DNA of 25,615 bases from a virus, in the UHGV virus genome UHGV-0137099. One strand, 5' to 3'. Position 1 is the stretch's first letter. Every line of letters begins with the position of its first letter. The notes under the pieces were generated by a model that was given only the letters and a program-made list of their open reading frames with translations, had not been told where the DNA came from and searched no databases. Made by a program: the position numbers and the translations under genes. Positions 23,169-25,615 of this stretch are shown here, piece after piece.

Positions 23169-25535
23169 GTGAGAATTCCAACGGGTAATTTTGGCAATGT
23201 GACACCGCAGGCACAGCAGACGCGTGTCGCTGTTAGCAACGTAGGCACGATCGGCAATGCGGTGTCTGGTTTTGGGGCCGCCACAGGACAGGTAGCAGAA
23301 CAAGTACAGCATGAGCAGGATAAAGCCGATGTGGCAGCCACACAGGCTATTTTGACCGATCTGGAAGCTAAATCTAATGACCGCTGGGAAAACCCGGAGA
23401 CTGGCGCCACGGTCACGCGTCAGGGCTTTAAATCGTCCGGTGTGGTCACCGATATGGATAAGGCCGACGCTGGCGATTACGAGGAAGCGCGGAAGCGCGT
23501 ACCGCCCAACCAGTTAAACTATTTTGATGCGCAGTGGAAAGCGGGGCAGATACGCCGGACAAGCACCTATAGCGGTTTCGAGCGTGCGCAGACGGATGAG
23601 GCCCAGCGACAGCAGCTGAATGCGACGGTGACCACTTCCGTTGAACAGGAGGCCAGCGCCTACGATAACCCAATGCAGGCAGGGCTGATACGCAGCGCCC
23701 GTAAACACTCGATCGAGATGTATGGCCAGGCGCGTGGTTGGGCCCAAGAGCGCATCGACGCGGCGGTATCAGAAGCGAATCAAAAAGCGCTGGAGCAGCG
23801 AGCGCAGAACTACGCGGTAACCAATCCCACTGGCTGGCTGAATGGCGATTTTACGTTGATTAACAGTAGCACCGGCGAACTAGATATGCGCGCCGTTGGC
23901 CTGGTGGAGTCCGGTGGTAAGCACCGCAATGCGGATGGTAGTCTTGTTACATCGCCCGCTGGCGCGCAGGGTGAATTTCAGTTGATGCCGGACACAGGGA
24001 AAGAACTGGCGGCTAAACGTGGCGTGGAATACAACCCGGACGATCCTGTGCAGCATGCGCAGCTGGCGCGTGATTATGCCGGGCAGCTCAGTAAAAAATA
24101 CCAGTCAGAACCACTGGCCGGGGCCGCGTATAACTGGGGGATGGGTAACGTCGATAAACTGATCGCCAAAGTGGGCGACCCGCGCAAAGGCGAAATCTCG
24201 ATGGCGGATTTCGTTAAGCAGCTGCCCGCAGAAACGCGCGGTTGGTTGTCCCGCTACAACAAAAATAAAACCGGTCTCGACCCGGTAGCAGTAAACAAAA
24301 TCGACAATATCGCCGAAGCGCAGATCCGGCAGCAGCGTACGGCGCTGCGCCAGCAGATTGACCCGATTCTCAATAATACAATGGCGCAGCTGTATAACGG
24401 CGAGGTGCCGGATGCTATGCCGAACGCCTCCACCATTTTGTTTGCGTACGGTGAGCAGGGGCAAACAGCGGTCAAGCAGCTGGATATCGCGATTGATAAC
24501 GCCAGAACCTTCCAGGCTATTCAGTACGCCACCCCGGCAGAACAGCAGGCCGAACTGGCGAAAGTGAAGCCGCAGGCAAACGATCCCGATTTTGCGCTAA
24601 AACTTGATGCACACGGCAAACTTAGCGCGCTGGTGCAGAAGAGCAACGCCAATATTCAGGCGCAGCGCGACTCCGCCCGCTTTAACGATGCGCTGCTCTC
24701 CGGCGAGAAACTCGACCCGAGCAATAAATCTATGCAGAGGGCGGCGGACAATACGCCATCGGCGCTTAATTTCCGCATTAACGATGCAACCACCCACGAT
24801 GCTATCGTACAGCAGGTAAACCAGACCGGCATTGTTCCGTCGCAGGTAACATCACAGCTCAATGCTATTTCCCGCTCCAGTAGCTCAGATGTAGTGAAGC
24901 AAGGCGCTGAAATATTCAATAGGCTTTACGACTCTAAATCTTCTAACGTCAGTGATATGCCAAAAGATATACAAAGTTTTTATCTGACAATTAAGCAATT
25001 GACCGAAGCTGGTATGGCTTCTGATGAGGCAGTGAAACAGGCACAGAATATAACCTATAATCAGAACGATGCATTAAAAAATCAGTTAACTTCGACGCAG
25101 AGCACTAAAGAATATAAAAGCGAGCGAGATAGTGCTATGGATTCAGCTCGAAATAGTATGGCTCAGTGGTTCAGAATTGATCCAAAGGCAAGCGATACAA
25201 CAACTGATGCAGTTAATTTTCGAAATGACTACCAGTCCCTTTACGATATCAACTATCGAAATTCTGGTGGGAATTCTGAAATTGCCAAAAAAATGACCAA
25301 CACTCAAATCTCTCGTAACTGGAGCATTAGCGAAGTGAACGGCAAGGCCCAGTTCATGAAATATGCACCAGAAGCACTATATAACTTTGGTCCGTCAGGT
25401 TGGCAGGCTGAACTGTGGAAAGAAAAAAAAGAGGAACTAATGTATGGCGAGCGTAATAAGGAGATCTCTACCAGCCCAACGCAGTTAGGGAAGGTGCGAA
25501 TAAGCAGGTCATTTCTTCCCAAGCTGACTCGCTGA
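23169..25535 (+). CDS. Internal virion protein with lytic transglycosylase (SLT) domain
   Basis: 788 aa, GTG start; SLT-type motifs GEFQLMPDTGKEL ... AYNWGMGNV; the C-terminal ~200 codons are markedly AT-rich. Confidence 0.75.
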   Translation: MRIPTGNFGNVTPQAQQTRVAVSNVGTIGNAVSGFGAATGQVAEQVQHEQDKADVAATQAILTDLEAKSNDRWENPETGATVTRQGFKSSGVVTDMDKADAGDYEEARKRVPPNQLNYFDAQWKAGQIRRTSTYSGFERAQTDEAQRQQLNATVTTSVEQEASAYDNPMQAGLIRSARKHSIEMYGQARGWAQERIDAAVSEANQKALEQRAQNYAVTNPTGWLNGDFTLINSSTGELDMRAVGLVESGGKHRNADGSLVTSPAGAQGEFQLMPDTGKELAAKRGVEYNPDDPVQHAQLARDYAGQLSKKYQSEPLAGAAYNWGMGNVDKLIAKVGDPRKGEISMADFVKQLPAETRGWLSRYNKNKTGLDPVAVNKIDNIAEAQIRQQRTALRQQIDPILNNTMAQLYNGEVPDAMPNASTILFAYGEQGQTAVKQLDIAIDNARTFQAIQYATPAEQQAELAKVKPQANDPDFALKLDAHGKLSALVQKSNANIQAQRDSARFNDALLSGEKLDPSNKSMQRAADNTPSALNFRINDATTHDAIVQQVNQTGIVPSQVTSQLNAISRSSSSDVVKQGAEIFNRLYDSKSSNVSDMPKDIQSFYLTIKQLTEAGMASDEAVKQAQNITYNQNDALKNQLTSTQSTKEYKSERDSAMDSARNSMAQWFRIDPKASDTTTDAVNFRNDYQSLYDINYRNSGGNSEIAKKMTNTQISRNWSISEVNGKAQFMKYAPEALYNFGPSGWQAELWKEKKEELMYGERNKEISTSPTQLGKVRISRSFLPKLTR

Positions 25536-25586
25536 TTAAAATTTCGCGGATCTGGGCCGATTTTTTTCCCGCAAACACATCGAATT

Positions 25587-25607
25587 AGCCTATTTAGGCT
25601 ATTTTTT
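25587..25607 (+). terminator. Rho-independent terminator after the SLT-domain gene
   Basis: Hairpin AGCCT-ATTT-AGGCT followed by ATTTTTT. Confidence 0.5.
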
Positions 25608-25615
25608 CCACCATT

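Larger units (their letters stand above)
35..25615. mobile_element. Integrated temperate phage (prophage), left end with attL near the tRNA-Leu 3' end; right end lies beyond the window
   Basis: tRNA-adjacent tyrosine integrase and excisionase, repressor/cro switch, replication genes, and portal/capsid/tail genes in one contiguous block. The exact att core cannot be set without the right junction. Confidence 0.85.

Noticed and set aside
1-25615. Transposase or insertion-sequence content
   Set aside because: No ORF with DDE or serine-recombinase transposase features and no terminal inverted repeats flanking a gene were seen; the only recombinase is the tyrosine integrase next to the tRNA.

Overview
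The window is the left ~25.5 kb of an integrated temperate phage in an enterobacterial-type chromosome. It starts in host DNA: the 3' end of a tRNA-Cys (1-21) and a complete tRNA-Leu(UAA) (35-121) with a hairpin terminator, then a lambda-like tyrosine integrase reading toward the tRNA (attL side). Reading rightward: (i) a leftward operon on the minus strand with excisionase, small ORFs, a coiled-coil protein and an unusually large Rad52-family annealase fusion; (ii) a ~600 bp non-coding region carrying a tandem array of a 9-bp motif plus an intrinsic terminator; (iii) an immunity switch with a short HTH repressor (minus) and a divergent P22-Cro-like gene (plus), with TTAG/CTAA palindromic operators and a sigma70-like promoter; (iv) a rightward replication and accessory block with a CII/YdaT-like gene, an O-like initiator carrying iteron-like repeats, a DnaB-family helicase, three unknown ORFs, an MT-A70 methyltransferase, a very acidic small protein, a Dam-like methyltransferase, an AT-rich moron with its own promoter, an HNH-AP2 endonuclease and a Ref-like HNH nuclease; (v) a virion module in podovirus (T7-like) order: connector/portal, scaffold-like protein, major capsid flanked by hairpin terminators, tail-tube-like proteins, a GNAT acetyltransferase, and internal-virion-like proteins including one with a lytic transglycosylase domain. 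No terminase, lysis cassette, CRISPR array or transposase is visible. All functional calls come from motif recognition by eye in the supplied translations and nucleotide sequence; no database search was run. The most unusual signals are a conserved start-associated module (GC hairpin plus AGGAAAGACCAATG) at several gene starts in all modules, its degenerate tandem array at 5036-5427, the Rad52 fusion, the acidic protein between two methyltransferases, the GNAT inside the virion block, and a short peptide motif shared by three virion-module proteins.
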